Positions 48,193-61,683 are shown, counted from the first letter of the stretch. The stretch is DNA of 64,000 nucleotides from Selaginella moellendorffii (GCF_000143415.4 NW_003314374.1:22604-86603); one strand, 5' to 3'. Numbers and translations are program-made. The notes: generated from the letters alone by a model not told the origin.

Positions 48193-50773
48193 TTATCGCT
48201 GCTTTCTTGCACCAAGCCTTTTGCATAGCTTCTGTTTATTCGAGCTTGCATTGGCCTCGGACGTCTTGGAGATTGATGGTGGTGTGCCTGTCTCCTGTGA
48301 TGTCAGTCCCGTGGATGTTTGTCCGTTAGGACGATCACGTTTCCGATTAGGTGGTAAGCCTTGAGACCTTGCCGGCGTGCGTTGTGAGGATAGAGTAGGT
48401 GAGAAAGCTCCATTGCTTTCGCTACCGTCATGTCGTGAAGTCGTTGGGGATCGGTACTGCTGGACGGGGATGAACTTACATATGTTCATCTTAGTTTGTC
48501 CATGCGGGATGAACTCCAGATCCGGGTTGGCTGGTTTTTTCGCCACCTCAATAGCAGCTGCTTGCATCCATTCTCGGATTTGAAGGAAGGCAGCTATCTG
48601 GAGGATCACTTGCGGATTAGCCGTAAGTAGGGACAGGAAGATGGCGAGGCAGTCTGACGACGTCAAGCTTGAGTCTGGCCAATACTTGTCCAGGTTGTTA
48701 AGCATGTACCAGAACAAGGAGTCAAGCTAGACAATTCCTCCTTCACATCCCTGGCAATCACAGTGACAGTACGGTCGAAGCTGATTCCATGTACGTTGAT
48801 CTCCTTGTGATAGGTTCCAGCTTTTTGTATTCAAAAAGGCATCACCATCACAGCATCCATGGAAGGCAGCCTGCTTGAAAACCTCATCCGCGGTCTTTTG
48901 GAATGGGATAGCTGGTTTGTAAGCATAGTTTCCCAACGTTGCATGTCGGTATGATTCTTCCAGTGTCTGTTTTGACCACTGTACTGCATCCGGTCGTAAC
49001 AAAGCCGCCATCTGGATCCAGTCGGATGCCTCCAAGGGGGATGTCCATCCTAAAGGATTCGTTAGCATCCAGAACTTATGCGGTTCTGGAAGGCGGTGGG
49101 AGGCTGCATTGAGAACTCGTGTGGTGGCGAAGGGAAATTTCCATCCACTCAAATTCTCCAACGGGTCAAACATGATACGACCATTGTCAATGCGGTCCAC
49201 GTTTGCTCCTTCCAGAGTATCCGGCTATGATGGGATGAGTCCAGTCATGAGCGTCCGTGCACTTTGGCTCAAGAACTCGAAGCCATTGCTAAGGTCGATC
49301 TGTGGTTTTCCCAGATCAATACCTTTCCCGTATGAGCCTTTATACCCTGTAACCCGGTTGTATTCTTGGGAACACTGGAGCATTCCAAGTAATCCCTGGT
49401 TTGGCGGAGGAGAAATTAACAAGTTCTTTTTCCATGTCTGCCATCCACCGTCGTAGTAGAGCCTGGTTATCATTGACTTGATCGGTAAGGAGTGTCCAGA
49501 CTAGGCGCCACCATTCTTTGGTTTCAACCTGCTGGAAGAGGCAGAGGTATTGCTTGTTCTCGCCAACTGCCTCGGATTCCGGTACTGTGAGCAGCTTATC
49601 CGCAATCTTTTTCTCATATGCAAAGATCTCACGTAAGCGCTCAGGTTTCTTTGCGGCTAACAGCAGTAAGAAGTACTGCACTACCGGGACGGGAGCCACA
49701 AAATCATCAGTGTTCGCGTACTCCGTCATCTCGGGTAGCCAGAAATCCTGGAAAGCCACGCATCAGTCCATATCCGGTATGGTGGGAAAGTAGGGATGGA
49801 TCGCATGGCGTTTTGTATCGGCAGCCAGGTATCACACCTTGGCACGGCTGTCCCTCGCGGGTATTTTTGGTTAAGCAGATCGACTAGGCCGTTTTCGGTA
49901 CATTCGTCCGAAGCGTAGGATCATCCGCCCGGTAACCCGATACCGACCACGACCAAAACGATTTCCCTAAGAAATTCCTATGTCACCTCCTACGGTTTGG
50001 GTGTCCGGGGGGTACCTGTATCATGGAAGACGAGGATTAGTAATGCAATCTCCACTAGCTCTATCTCTCATTTTGTGAAAGTACGAAGCTAGGTTTCAAA
50101 ACTGAACTGAGATTTGCACGACTGATGCTCGCGAGCCAATGTACTCAGGTACATGCCCGGGCCGCACATCAGAAGTGACTTCCAAGGATTAGAACTAAGG
50201 AACATGCTCAACCTGATCGCTATCCGTTGACTCATGGATCTCGCCGTCTGGACCAGTCGCTGTCATCCCGCCTTTTTTCTAAGCGGATGATTAGAAGCTG
50301 GAACAGTCGGGAGTACAAGCGCTACCTGGGCAGAGTCAAGGAGAGCCCCTTGTGTTGCTGTGGTGTTTAGTTCCAGCGCTCTAGCCGAGAGAGATTCCTA
50401 CAGGCCAAGGGTAAGAAAACGCAGAAAAACGAATCGCTTATACCCGTTTTTGCGTGGCCAGGAATGCGGTAGTGAGATTCCTCGCGACCTTAGTGGTGGG
50501 TGTAAGCTCGTTTTGAGCTATCCCCAAACAAACACTTCGTTGGCGCTGCTCATTCTTGCGGTGCACAACGAAGCGGCTGTTGATCCTGGAGTGGGCGAGA
50601 AATGTGCGTGGTTGTGCTAGCGCACAGCCTTGCAGCAGCCCAAGTGTGCTCTGCTTGTGGATGCGCTCCTGGAGAATGCGGCTGCGGCGGATGCAAGCGA
50701 GAAACCCTAACGTTAGGGTTTTTCCCGTCGCTTCATACCTTTCGGTGTGAAAAAATCCAGCACCTGCAGCCAT
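48193..50773 (-). pseudogene. Intron-containing upstream ORF of the PLE (unknown protein), disrupted by stops and frameshifts
   Basis: Exons 50773-50444, 50397-50326 and 50278-50213 separated by 46-47 nt GT-AG introns; acceptor at 50016; ORF segments 49759-49340, 49473-49225, 49200-48727 and 48717-48193 join into about 600 codons. Confidence 0.65.
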
Positions 50774-52299
50774 GAAGTCGAGTAGCTATAGCTTGTAATT
50801 AGGTTTGCCTATCCGTACGGCATGTTTCTTTGCGCGAGATTCTGTGAGGAATCCAAGGTTTTGTTTTTTACCATGCCACGTCTTCTCATGTATCCCATTA
50901 GTTTATTCATGGGAAAACAGAGTTTTCTGTAAGTAAGGTTTCCTTAACAATTATTTTTAAGGAGGACCTTCCTGTGATTAAGGCGTGGGATCTGTCTCAG
51001 AGTGAGAGCACAGCAACTTGTGTTGTTTTTTTCTTTTTACCAATCAAAACACAGTTGTAGTCAAAGGTGCGCTTACATATTTTAGTTCAGCGCGTAACCA
51101 AGGACTGCATGGTAAGTTTGGGGGAACTAATCCTTATGTTGTTCACAGTCCAAAGAGGCATAAATATCGAATCTATTATGTTTCGATATGATGCTAAAGT
51201 GATGGATAGTCCTGTCTAGAAGATAGAGTTCCTAGTGCTCAGCTTGAGTTTGCTGAGTCGTCGAGCTGTGGTGGCCTATTGGCCGGTTCTCTCCAGATAT
51301 CAAAGAGAATTTCCAAGACCGCTTGTACCGGTGTCAGGGGGCTGGTGAGAATGATACGATCCAGACCACTAAGGATGAGTCGTCTCAATGCATAGCGATG
51401 GAATCCTTTTTCCATGAAGCATTCAACGAGATTATCAATCTCAAGGACGATACCACCGGCGGTATTAATCAGATAAAAAAGCGCAAAGACTTGCCCCAGG
51501 ATCACTTTGGATGAGTTTGCAGCGGGCCGGTTTGAATCTCGATGAATGTACAGCGAGACTTTGAATGGAAGTGATCGGCGCTTATCATATTTTGTGGTAA
51601 GAAAGTACCGTCAACCCGTATGATCTGGATCTGAAGGCTCAAGAAGTGAGCGGACAGATTCACAAGTGAGCCGTCCGTGCCTACGAATGGATTATCCATC
51701 TCGTTCTGCATGGCAAGAAATTGTAATGGATATATCCAGAATGGATTTCCTTCGGATTCGACTTGATCAGGGTCAAGGAAACGGAGGATCATGGGGTTAT
51801 TCATTGACACCAGATTGTCCATGTACCGGAAAGTGTGTTCGAATAGGCGTAGCAGATCATACCGGCCTAAACGAGCGAGTCGAGTGATAAAGTTATACTC
51901 GAAATAGAATAGGTATAGGTTACACCACAAAGGCGAGCATGAGAAGCCCATAGGAATCCCTCGGACTTGTCTCCATACTCTGTTACCCAGCCAGACATAT
52001 GTGTGCCGGATGATAAAGTGATTTAGCTCGATGACTTTCGTTGGATCCATTCTGGTGGCCTTTACTGATGAGTGGCGTAGAGGTTTCCATTCGGCCTCGA
52101 GCTCGCCGTTCTTCTTTTGAATCAGAAAAAGGTCTTTATGGAGGTGGTTTTGGTGCGCAAAGGCCAAATTGACAAGGTTTGTCATGGCCGTCGTGAGGCC
52201 TTGATCCCCCTTGGTCAATTTTTCATTTTGCATGTGGATGCTTGTAATATTGGTTTTGGAAGTGTGTTGATGTAAGAGAGCTTGAGTGTGTCTGGTCAA

Positions 52300-54290
52300 T
52301 ACCATCTTAACCATACATTACAACTAGTAAAAGTAAATTACTCCATGACAAAAAAGGAGTGTTTAGCAACAGTTTGGGTTTCGAGAAACTTTATATTTAT
52401 TTATATGGTTCTCAAATATTACTAAAAGGTGATCATGCTGTAATTACTTCATTATTGAAGTAAAAGAACTTGGTTGATCTTATTATTTAGTGGGTTTGAA
52501 AGTTAATATATATGATTTTGATGTTGTTTATCATCCGGGGAGATCTATGGCTAATTTTAACACTCTTTCTTAAACTCCTTTTTTTTCTTCACCTTCTTTT
52601 AATGTTTTTGACGAGCTTGTTATTCCAATATCTGTGGATTTTTTTACGAGGACTTTGTGCTGTCAATGGATTTTGTACTTGATGTTCAGTGTCCACAAAG
52701 TGCAGAGTAAGATTTACTTTTTCTTGATGGGGTTTGTGAGGATCAAAATGTTGACTTGTGAATCCAAAGGCTTCACGATGGGTTTAAAAATCTTGCATCA
52801 CTTGCTAATAACTTGCTATATTGGTATTTACATTCTCAATATCACGTTAATGATAACATTCTTTATTTTGTAGAGACGGATTTTAATGATTATTTACGGC
52901 TGGTGGTGCCTTCAATATTTATTCCATGCTTTCTCCATGCTTACCATGATTTTCCTATTCTAGGCAGACATATGAGATATTGTTGTGTGACTAAGAAGCT
53001 ATAAAGATCTTTTTATTGATTGGAAATGCAACATAATATTATTTAGTATGTGCATAGCTAGATTTGGTGCCAAGCTTATAATATTCCTCATTATACTGTG
53101 AAAGTACGGTTGGAGTCAATTGTAGTTTTTTGTCTATTTGCATTGTTGGCTTTTGATCTAATGGGGCCTTTTCCACGGTTAATTGTTGGCAATGAGTACA
53201 TTATTATTGCTTCTAACTACTTGACTTATGAGGCAGAAATCAGAGCTCTTGCTAGTGCATCTACAATTATTGTTAGATACTTCTTCCTCAATCAAATGGT
53301 ATTCTAGTATTCTTATCTAGAGTAAATTCTTTCAGATAATGGTCTTACATTTATGGCTAAGGCATTTCATGTTTTATTAGGATACACCATACTTTCATGA
53401 GTGCTTATCATCTACGCTAGATGGTTTAGTGAAACGGTTTGTTCGGACCTTCAAAAGAATGATCATGAAATACTTGAATATTTTTTAGCATTCGGATTGG
53501 GATGATTATTTGCAATCTCTTAAATATGCATATGTCATAGAGATGTAGAGTTTTATTAGTGCTTCACCATATAAACTCTTATATGGTCATGATCCAATAA
53601 TACCAACTGAATTGAGTTTACCTTCATGATTAGTATGAGTTGTGGATACTAGGTCTTGGGATTAGTATTTGATGAGCATTCTTCCACTGGTCTGAGTTGA
53701 GTCTGCCAAACACTTGGGCCATGTACAAATGAGACAACAATGGCATTATAACTTCTATTATCACACCTGTAAAGTACAAAGTGGATGACTTAGTGTTAAT
53801 CCATTTTCCAAATCTTACAGTAGATGGTTTATTTAAGAGGCTTCTTGTTAAGTGGAAGGGACCATATTGGGTGTTGTGGCAAGGTGGACCAAAAGTTTAT
53901 AAAGTTTGGCATGATGTCTAATAAGCCAATCCTTTAGAAATTGTGTATGTGCAACAGTTAAAACACTTCATACAAAGGGATCAAGAATAATTAGCACTAT
54001 CTACAAATCTACCGATGCCTCCTCTTGATGTTCCTCTAGCCCAGCTCGTCCACTAGAGAACCCTAACTATCTTCCATCATTTTAAGAGGAGGGGATGATG
54101 TGAAGTCTAAGTGTACAGTTATGATTTAGTATATTAATATTAGTGTAGTGGGATTTTGATAGCCATTGAATTTGTTTCAATCTAGACCATTCACTCCTAT
54201 ATATAAGCTAGGTTTTTGGGCTAATTGATATGCACATTTCAGTATTCCATTTCCATATTTTATGCACTCGCAATATAAATTTTATAAACA
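52300..54290 (+). mobile_element. Degenerate Ty3/Gypsy RNase H-integrase, PPT and 3' LTR
   Basis: NYSMTKKECLATVW, LLAFDLMGPFP..GNEYIIIASNYLT, SDNGLTF; PPT aagaggagggga, then LTR tgtgaagt from 54099. Confidence 0.85.
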
Positions 54291-56559
54291 AGATAAATTT
54301 TACAATATATCTAGGGAGACGTTCCACCTCTTTCCTTAAATTTATTCCTTGCTAAAAGCATTCTCTTGTCTAAGCTTTCCTCCACCTCTATAGGTTGTGC
54401 ATTTAAATTTTATAAAAAACACAAAACTACTAGAAAAAATCCCAACCTTAAAGCAAACATGGCTTAGCATAAAAAGTTATTTATTTGTTGAGGATAATAG
54501 AAGAATTCGACCAAGATTGTTTTATTGGTTTGTTTACAATTCGAATATGTGAATGAAATAGAGTTCTTTCAAGAGGTATGTAAACTTTTTAATTACCATA
54601 AGATCATCTATTAAGTCCTCTCTATCTTGCTAAACTTGGTTATCAAACTCTCATAATGACACAAGAAAAATCTTGAATTCATTATTTAAAAATCAAATAA
54701 AATAGGTGAAATTCATGAAAGATTTAATTATAAATAGCATCAAATTTTTCAACATTGTGAATCATAAAAGTGAAACTTTCTCCATTTCATCAAATGTTTT
54801 TAGTTTGTTAGCTTGGAATTCAAAACACTTTATTACCTAATCATGGTCTTATCACTATCTATATGGATAATGAGTGCCATATAAGCTTTACCACATCATT
54901 GTCTATGTGATAATAAATGCTACAAAATCATGGATAATAAATGCCACATTAGTGAGAAATCAAGATCATTTGAAATCTATTGTGCTACTCATGACTACAG
55001 TTGAATTGCTGTATGCTTTGTTGTGGCTGCACCATTGCACTATTGGATGGAGCTGGATCAATACTTGCTCAGCTCTGGCTGGTCTGCTACTGCTGGCTAA
55101 AGTTGAATGGCTCTCAACTCACACTATTCTGGCTAGTCTACCACTTGAAGTTTTGCTCTTGGATTGCTCTTAGATCACTACTTCCTTGGGTTGTGTTGAT
55201 AGCTAGAACTAGATCACTATTTTTCTTGTTGGCTGCTTAGTCTTGTTTGCTATAATGGCAATTAGTCACTCTAGAGTAGAACAAGCTAGCTTAAAGAAAA
55301 ACTAGAACTTTTACCAAGTAGGACGACAAAGAATTGCTCACTCTAGCAAGAAATCTGTAAAAGGAAGATTAGATCATAAATGACAATCTAGCTTAACTCT
55401 TGATTAAAATACTAAGGCTCTTGAAAAAAATCTTGATAAATTCACCAAGGCTGACCTAAAAAAAGCACACAAACACAGAGGTAGAATGGGAAGTTTTTCA
55501 GCAAGTAAGCACAAAGAAATCAAGGCATAAAGAGATACTTATCTTCATGAAAAGCTCTCAACTTAACACTGCCAAGTGATCCATGATTGCCATGGACTAG
55601 AAATGTGACTTTTCTTCAAGGATGAAGCATCTGCGACCATTTCTATGACCATTGGTTGCTTATTTTTATCCATTGGGACCTTATATTTCTAGCACAAAAG
55701 AAAAGAAACACTTTTATATAAGAGATTTAGATCTGAAAAACTTGGAATAAAAACTTGTTTTAATGCTTTGAGCTCACTAAGCCTTGTGAACATGTTGCCA
55801 TAGAGCATGGCTTCCCACTTGTTATATATTACTTGCTTCTGCTTTGTACTCCATTCTCAAGTCCTTGTAAGATAAATGTTAGAGCCTCAGTTTGATAGCA
55901 ATTTCTGTCTTTTTTTTCTTGAGGAATGGAGTGCAAGTTCACTACACAGATGTATGAGGATGGATGCTGAACATAAAGGCTCTCTATTGCAGAACTCAAA
56001 CTTACACGTGTACTGCTGATTTGGACTTTGGCTGAGTGTGATATAAAAAGGCAATAGAGATTGATCTACAAAACCAATAAGATCATTTTATCCCTGGATC
56101 TTCCACCACTACTTCCATTGCCTTGCTACACAGGAAGCAAACTCAAAGATCTCAGAAAATGAATTCTCTCATAAAAACCTACTATATATCTTGTATAAAA
56201 CATTGTTGAGAATGCTAAATGACATGAACTACAAGAATATTCTAAGAATATATATGCCCTTGGCTAGTCTAGGGTTCACCTTGTTAGCATATTCTTTTGG
56301 GGATATAATGTTGATCTTGATGAGTAGTGACGATGGCTATGAGGAGACTTTGATAATGTCATTGTAAGAACACCAAGGTAAGAACACAGGTAAGAACACC
56401 AAATTACTAAGGATCAAAACGACAAAGAGGTGAAGGATTTTATCAATCTCATTAAGCATTTCGTGCTTTATATGGACCCCTAAAGTTTGAATCAATCTCA
56501 TGTTCATGATTATCATTAATACATTAAGCATGTTAAGGATTATAGTATGGTAAAATGGA

Positions 56560-57300
56560 AATTGTCACTAAATGTTTGTGAATGCTAGGAGCTTGATTGT
56601 TAATTAGAGTTGTGGAAATGTTTTTGGTCTCCTAATCCTTGTAAAGATAAAATAAAGATTGATATTTTTGTGATGAAGCTTCTAGGTCATGTTTTTTTGT
56701 GGTGGAAGAACTACATCAAAGCTAATTTAAAATTGATTTTTTGGAGTGATTTGATAAAGTTTTTTCATATTTTATTTGTCAAAAGTTACAAAAGATTGAT
56801 CTCGTGAGCCAATTGTTAGAGATCAAGTAGGGAATTTTGTCTTTAGATATGTATGCCCACAAGTTCTATGGTCTTTGGCTTAGTTTTATGAGCACCTATA
56901 ATGAGCTGTTAAAGGTGCAATATTCTATCAAAAGTTTGAGTTCAATGGATATGCAATAGAAAGTCAAAAAGGATTTTCTAGCAATCTTAACTGATGCTAT
57001 CATTAAAGCTTATATCTTTTCACCAAAACCACTAGTCAATTTGGTCAATTATAGTTAATAGGATGGTCAATAAAAAAGTTAATGTAATGACCAGCTAACT
57101 AATGCTTTATATTCAGGGAAGAAATGGCTATTGCTATATTGGGGATTAAAGAATGAAAATGGTAATAAAGCTAAGAAGTTTTGGTCAAAGTAACAAAAGA
57201 AGGATAAGATGGATGACAATTTTTTTTGTTGCAAGAAGCCTAGACATCATGGCAAAGATTATCCTTTTGTAAAGGGGTTAGGAAATGCTAAATTAAATGT
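56560..57300 (+). mobile_element. Degenerate retrotransposon gag remnant
   Basis: KLLGHVFLWWKNY...FWSDLIKFF and a decayed Zn knuckle FCCKKPRHHGKDYP. Confidence 0.6.
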
Positions 57301-59589
57301 GATGGAATCTATTATGAATACAATTTAGGTGTCTATTGTAGTGGCTCTTCCACATCTAGTGGCAAAAGTTCAAAAACTTAAGTTTTTAGTTCATATCAAC
57401 TCTATAGAGCTTAATAGTTCTACAATCAACTAGTGAAGGTTAAGGCATTCTTTTTTATCCATGTATTACTATAGATAATATTTAGAGCTCTAAGGTAGTG
57501 AATAAACCTTGTTTGTCTATAAAAAAAAGTTTGATGATCTATGAAGTGGTTATGGAAAATGGAGCATAAACCATTCTTGAGCTCATGAGTTGAAGAGTTG
57601 AGCTCATAAGTTGAGTTCAAGTTTCAATTATAGTCTAATACAAAAATTATAAATATTAAAATATTAAGGTTATAGTGAATTTAATAATTTCACAACTCTC
57701 TATATATTATATAGATCAAAATGATCTAAATAACACTTTTTTATTCTAACAATTTAAGATTTATTATATGCTATAATATGGATGTTTGTTAGAACATAAA
57801 ATAAAATGTTTCTAGAAAAAGTATCCTTGTCACTTTCTTAATTCTATACTCTACTAGCTAGTAAATATCAGGTTTTTCAGTTTAAAATTTTAAAATTATT
57901 AATTTTAAATAAAATTCAATATAAGGCCATAAAATTGTTTGAAAGAAAAAAAAACTGTTGATGTAAGTTTGTTGCATATAAAAAGAGAGATTTAATTCTT
58001 TTCTAGAATACATTCTTAAGGGGTTTATCATAGCATACTATCTAGAATTTATAAATCTTCACTCTCACTCTCATTTGAAAACAGGGAAATACACACAAAT
58101 GTCTATGGGTTTAAATATTCATAATTTTAATTCTTAAATTTTTTTTCCCAGAGTTCAAGGGCTAAGAGCTATAATAGTTATCCCATTGCACAATATAACC
58201 AAACCATACAAGAAAAAGAAAGAGAGGATAATGGTTATAAGTTGGAGATAAATGCAATGATAGAAAATACACCAAATTGGGTGAAAAAAATGCCTCCTAC
58301 TTATTTTAGAAAATTACAATTCTATAACTTTTAAGAAATGCCCTTTATATTTTCTAGCTTCCGATAGAAATAATAGTAATGATCAATATGATAGTATATA
58401 TACCCTCAAAACACATTGCAATATCACACACTCAAAGATTATCATGAAATATTTTTTGAGATGGTAAAGACAGAAATGGAGATATATAAGTACTATGGGT
58501 AGTATTGCAAAAAGAACACTTACAAGTATCTAAAATGAAAAGTAAAATGAAAAATTATTTTTTATTAATTATATAAAGTATAATAAGTTTATATTATTAA
58601 TAAAGAATAAAGATTGATAGTTTTGGCAAATCTAGTTAGCTACAAAAGTCTTTTATAATTCAGCAATAGTAAGCTTTGCCTGGTATATATGAATATCCAC
58701 TTTAGGATCTTGGTGTAAGGCGTTGATAAAGATGTAATATATATGCTTGCAAGAAGCATATTCCTTGTGCTTTATAAAGTTTAAACATGTGCAAAAAGAA
58801 AAGTCTTAAATAGCACTCTCCACCTTCTATTTTGACTATGTACTCCTTTGCAAGCTAATGATATATTTTGTAGAGAAAATCTCACACTCAAGCATTTAAG
58901 CTTAGTTTATTTTACCCTACTTTTACTTGGAGATAGTACTAATAAATTTAACTACCTTACCTTTTCTTGCTTGTATCTTTGTGGTTCTATCACTCATGTC
59001 TTCAACTCTCCTCTCAAGATTGAAACTAAATTTCTCAAGGTTTTCAATCTCATTCAAAATGAGTGTAACCTCATTAGCAACTAAGGTTTAGTCACTATAG
59101 TGTCTTGAAGCCGCTTCGTATGGTTGACATCAATATTGCAACAATATAGCCAACACTATTTAAAAAATACTACTTGCTTTTATTTCTCATAGAAATATGG
59201 GGCTGAAACAGAGGAAAACTTGTCACTATGGATTCAAGCCCAACAATAGCCCCTCAAAAACATCCTTATACATCATATATTGGATTTTGCTGGCAGTTGG
59301 ATGGATTGTATATTGCCTTGGCTTTAAGCTATAGTAAGAGATTTCAATTTGTTGTAATGCATTCTTTTCATCAACCACTTAAAATGGCTCTGTCCAAGGG
59401 TGATGCTTTAGAGTGGAATGGTACTTAATATGAAACTTATGAGTGCTTTTTGCTCCAAGGTCATTGCCAACATTTTCATAGTAAAGGAAAAGTGACACTT
59501 TGAATAGACAATCTTCATATCACTAATAGAAGCCTGAGGAGTGTATATGCTGTGAACCACTTCCTCAATTACAATTGCCATTGTGAATT

Positions 59590-61521
59590 AATTGATGAAG
59601 ATTTATCAATGATGGGCTTGTTTTACCGGATGGTGTTATGGACGATCATATCGTGGCTTGCATGGTTTTTCTATGTTTGCATGTAGATTCCTTTATAGAT
59701 ATCATTTGGTTACGTTTAGTTCATAGTGTTGGATTATATTGAGCCTTAGACATGGTGAATCACTTCTTGATAATGTGTTATCTGTAACTGAGTAATGTTA
59801 AAGGATTGGTCTCAGATACTGACTAAGGTATCTTCGATTTTAGTTAGCTTGATTGCTAGGGAGATTTGGGTGGTGATTCACTTTTGCTTTTTTCTAGCTT
59901 TGTTTTGGTGTTGAAGTGATGCTTTGTCATTGATAATATTGATGTTGATATTCAAACGAAATGTGATGTCTCTCCTTAGGATTGATATTGAGTTTTATTA
60001 GTCTTGATAAAGATAGTGTTGATGATTTGGTTGTAGCTTTGTGTTATTGGCATTCATGCATTTGCTAGTTAGCAACTGTATTGACGTTCAAATGAACTGA
60101 GTGGTAAGTTAAGTTAGTTGTGTCTAGATTAGATTGTTTAGTATGGGTTGAGCCTTAGATTTTCCTTGAAAAGTGATTTAGTCATGGACTATGCTAACTT
60201 TACAAAAGGAAGAGTTAGTGATTAATGTTGGAATATGAATCCTTATTGGATTTGAGTTAAAGTATATTGATCATTAATAATTCTTCTTGTGCTTGTTATA
60301 AAGTGAGTTACGTCTTGTTATAGATGGATACATAAAGGATCGATTTGGTGGTCACTTGTTGAGCATAACTTTGTTGTGTTTGGTTTTTGGATTGATGCAG
60401 AAATACTCTTCATTAGCTTAGCATTATGAAATTTGGCTTATGTATATGTTGAGAAGGATATTATGAGTTGTATCATGATTTCTTCTTTAGTATTGAAATT
60501 AGTTCATGCAAGGCTTGTAATCATTGTTAAGCACGACTTAGCTATAGGCATTTTCAAACTTCTGGTTCTTTGAGTTCTTATATTCATTATTTCATTTGTT
60601 AGAAGTTGTTAGGGAAGGCATTTTGGCTCATAACTTTGATGTTAAAATTGGCTTTTGCATGTAACAATTATTGGTGATGATTGACTATTATCTAAGATAG
60701 TTGATTATTTTTGTCAAAGGTTTTTCTTGATTATTATTAATATAGAATGATTTGCCATTCTTTGAGATGGTGGATTTCTTCTTCAATGATGATTATGCAT
60801 CTCTCTAATGATGGGATGATTGATGATCTTTCATGATAATTATTCATTCACTTTGATGGTTTATGGTTTTTCGCAATACCATATGTTTTTGTGATTTGTT
60901 TTGGATTGGTCTTGAGATATTGGTAGGATGTTGCTAACATTTGTTTAAGCAACATGAGTTTCTTCGTATTATTAATTGGGATTTATTCAAAATGGCCAAT
61001 GCGATGATTGGCATGAATGAGTTTTTGTTGGTCATGCAATATTCATTCTGTTCTGTTGATTGTTACTATCATTGGTTCTAATAGATTGGATGTTATTTCT
61101 TTTGGGTGATACATTCAATAGATTGGTTGTTATTTCTTTTGGGTGATACATTCACAAGTATTTTGTTTGTCAGTTAATGATACTTTGTGTTCTTTGAGTT
61201 ATCTTATGTAAGTTGTTTAGCATGTTATCTACAATTTTTTATAGTTAAATTTTTATCATTGAGTGTTTTTGATGATATAGTTACTATTGAATTTTGTTGG
61301 ATAGTAAATCCTATGTTTTTCAATTATAGTGATCTTGGTGGTTTCTATAAGCTAATACTGGTTTATCAAATGATAACTTACTTGGAATACTTTTATGTTC
61401 TAATTTAAGATTTATTCATTGATAATTAAGTCTCTAAGATATCATTATCTATGACTTTGATAGTCCATTTATTGATTTTTGAATTTGGACCAGTATTTTG
61501 GTACTAGGATAAAGGGAAAAG
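59590..61521 (+). mobile_element. Diverged copy of the LARD-like interior, inverted relative to ~40400-42070
   Basis: For example, 59880-59930 is the reverse complement of ~41705-41775. Confidence 0.75.
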
Positions 61522-61683
61522 NNNNNNNNNNNNNNNNNNNNNNNNNNNNNNNNNNNNNNNNNNNNNNNNNNNNNNNNNNNNNNNNNNNNNNNNNNNNNNN
61601 NNNNNNNNNNNNNNNNNNNNNNNNNNNNNNNNNNNNNNNNNNNNNNNNNNNNNNNNNNNNNNNNNNNNNNNNNNNNNNNNNNN
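61522..61683. other. Assembly gap
   Basis: Run of N. Confidence 1.

Larger units (their letters stand above)
45221..52211 (-). mobile_element. Penelope-like retroelement (CxC, Naiad/Chlamys-type RT) in partial tandem with ~1.76-kb pseudo-LTRs
   Basis: 45221-46978 is repeated directly at 50455-52211 as a 5'-truncated copy; the RT carries PLE motifs; no TG..CA LTR, PBS or poly(A) tail. Confidence 0.88.

Noticed and set aside
51502-52314. Second RT gene with a novel N-terminus
   Set aside because: 5'-truncated, frameshifted pseudo-LTR copy; residues upstream of 52211 come from unrelated flanking DNA
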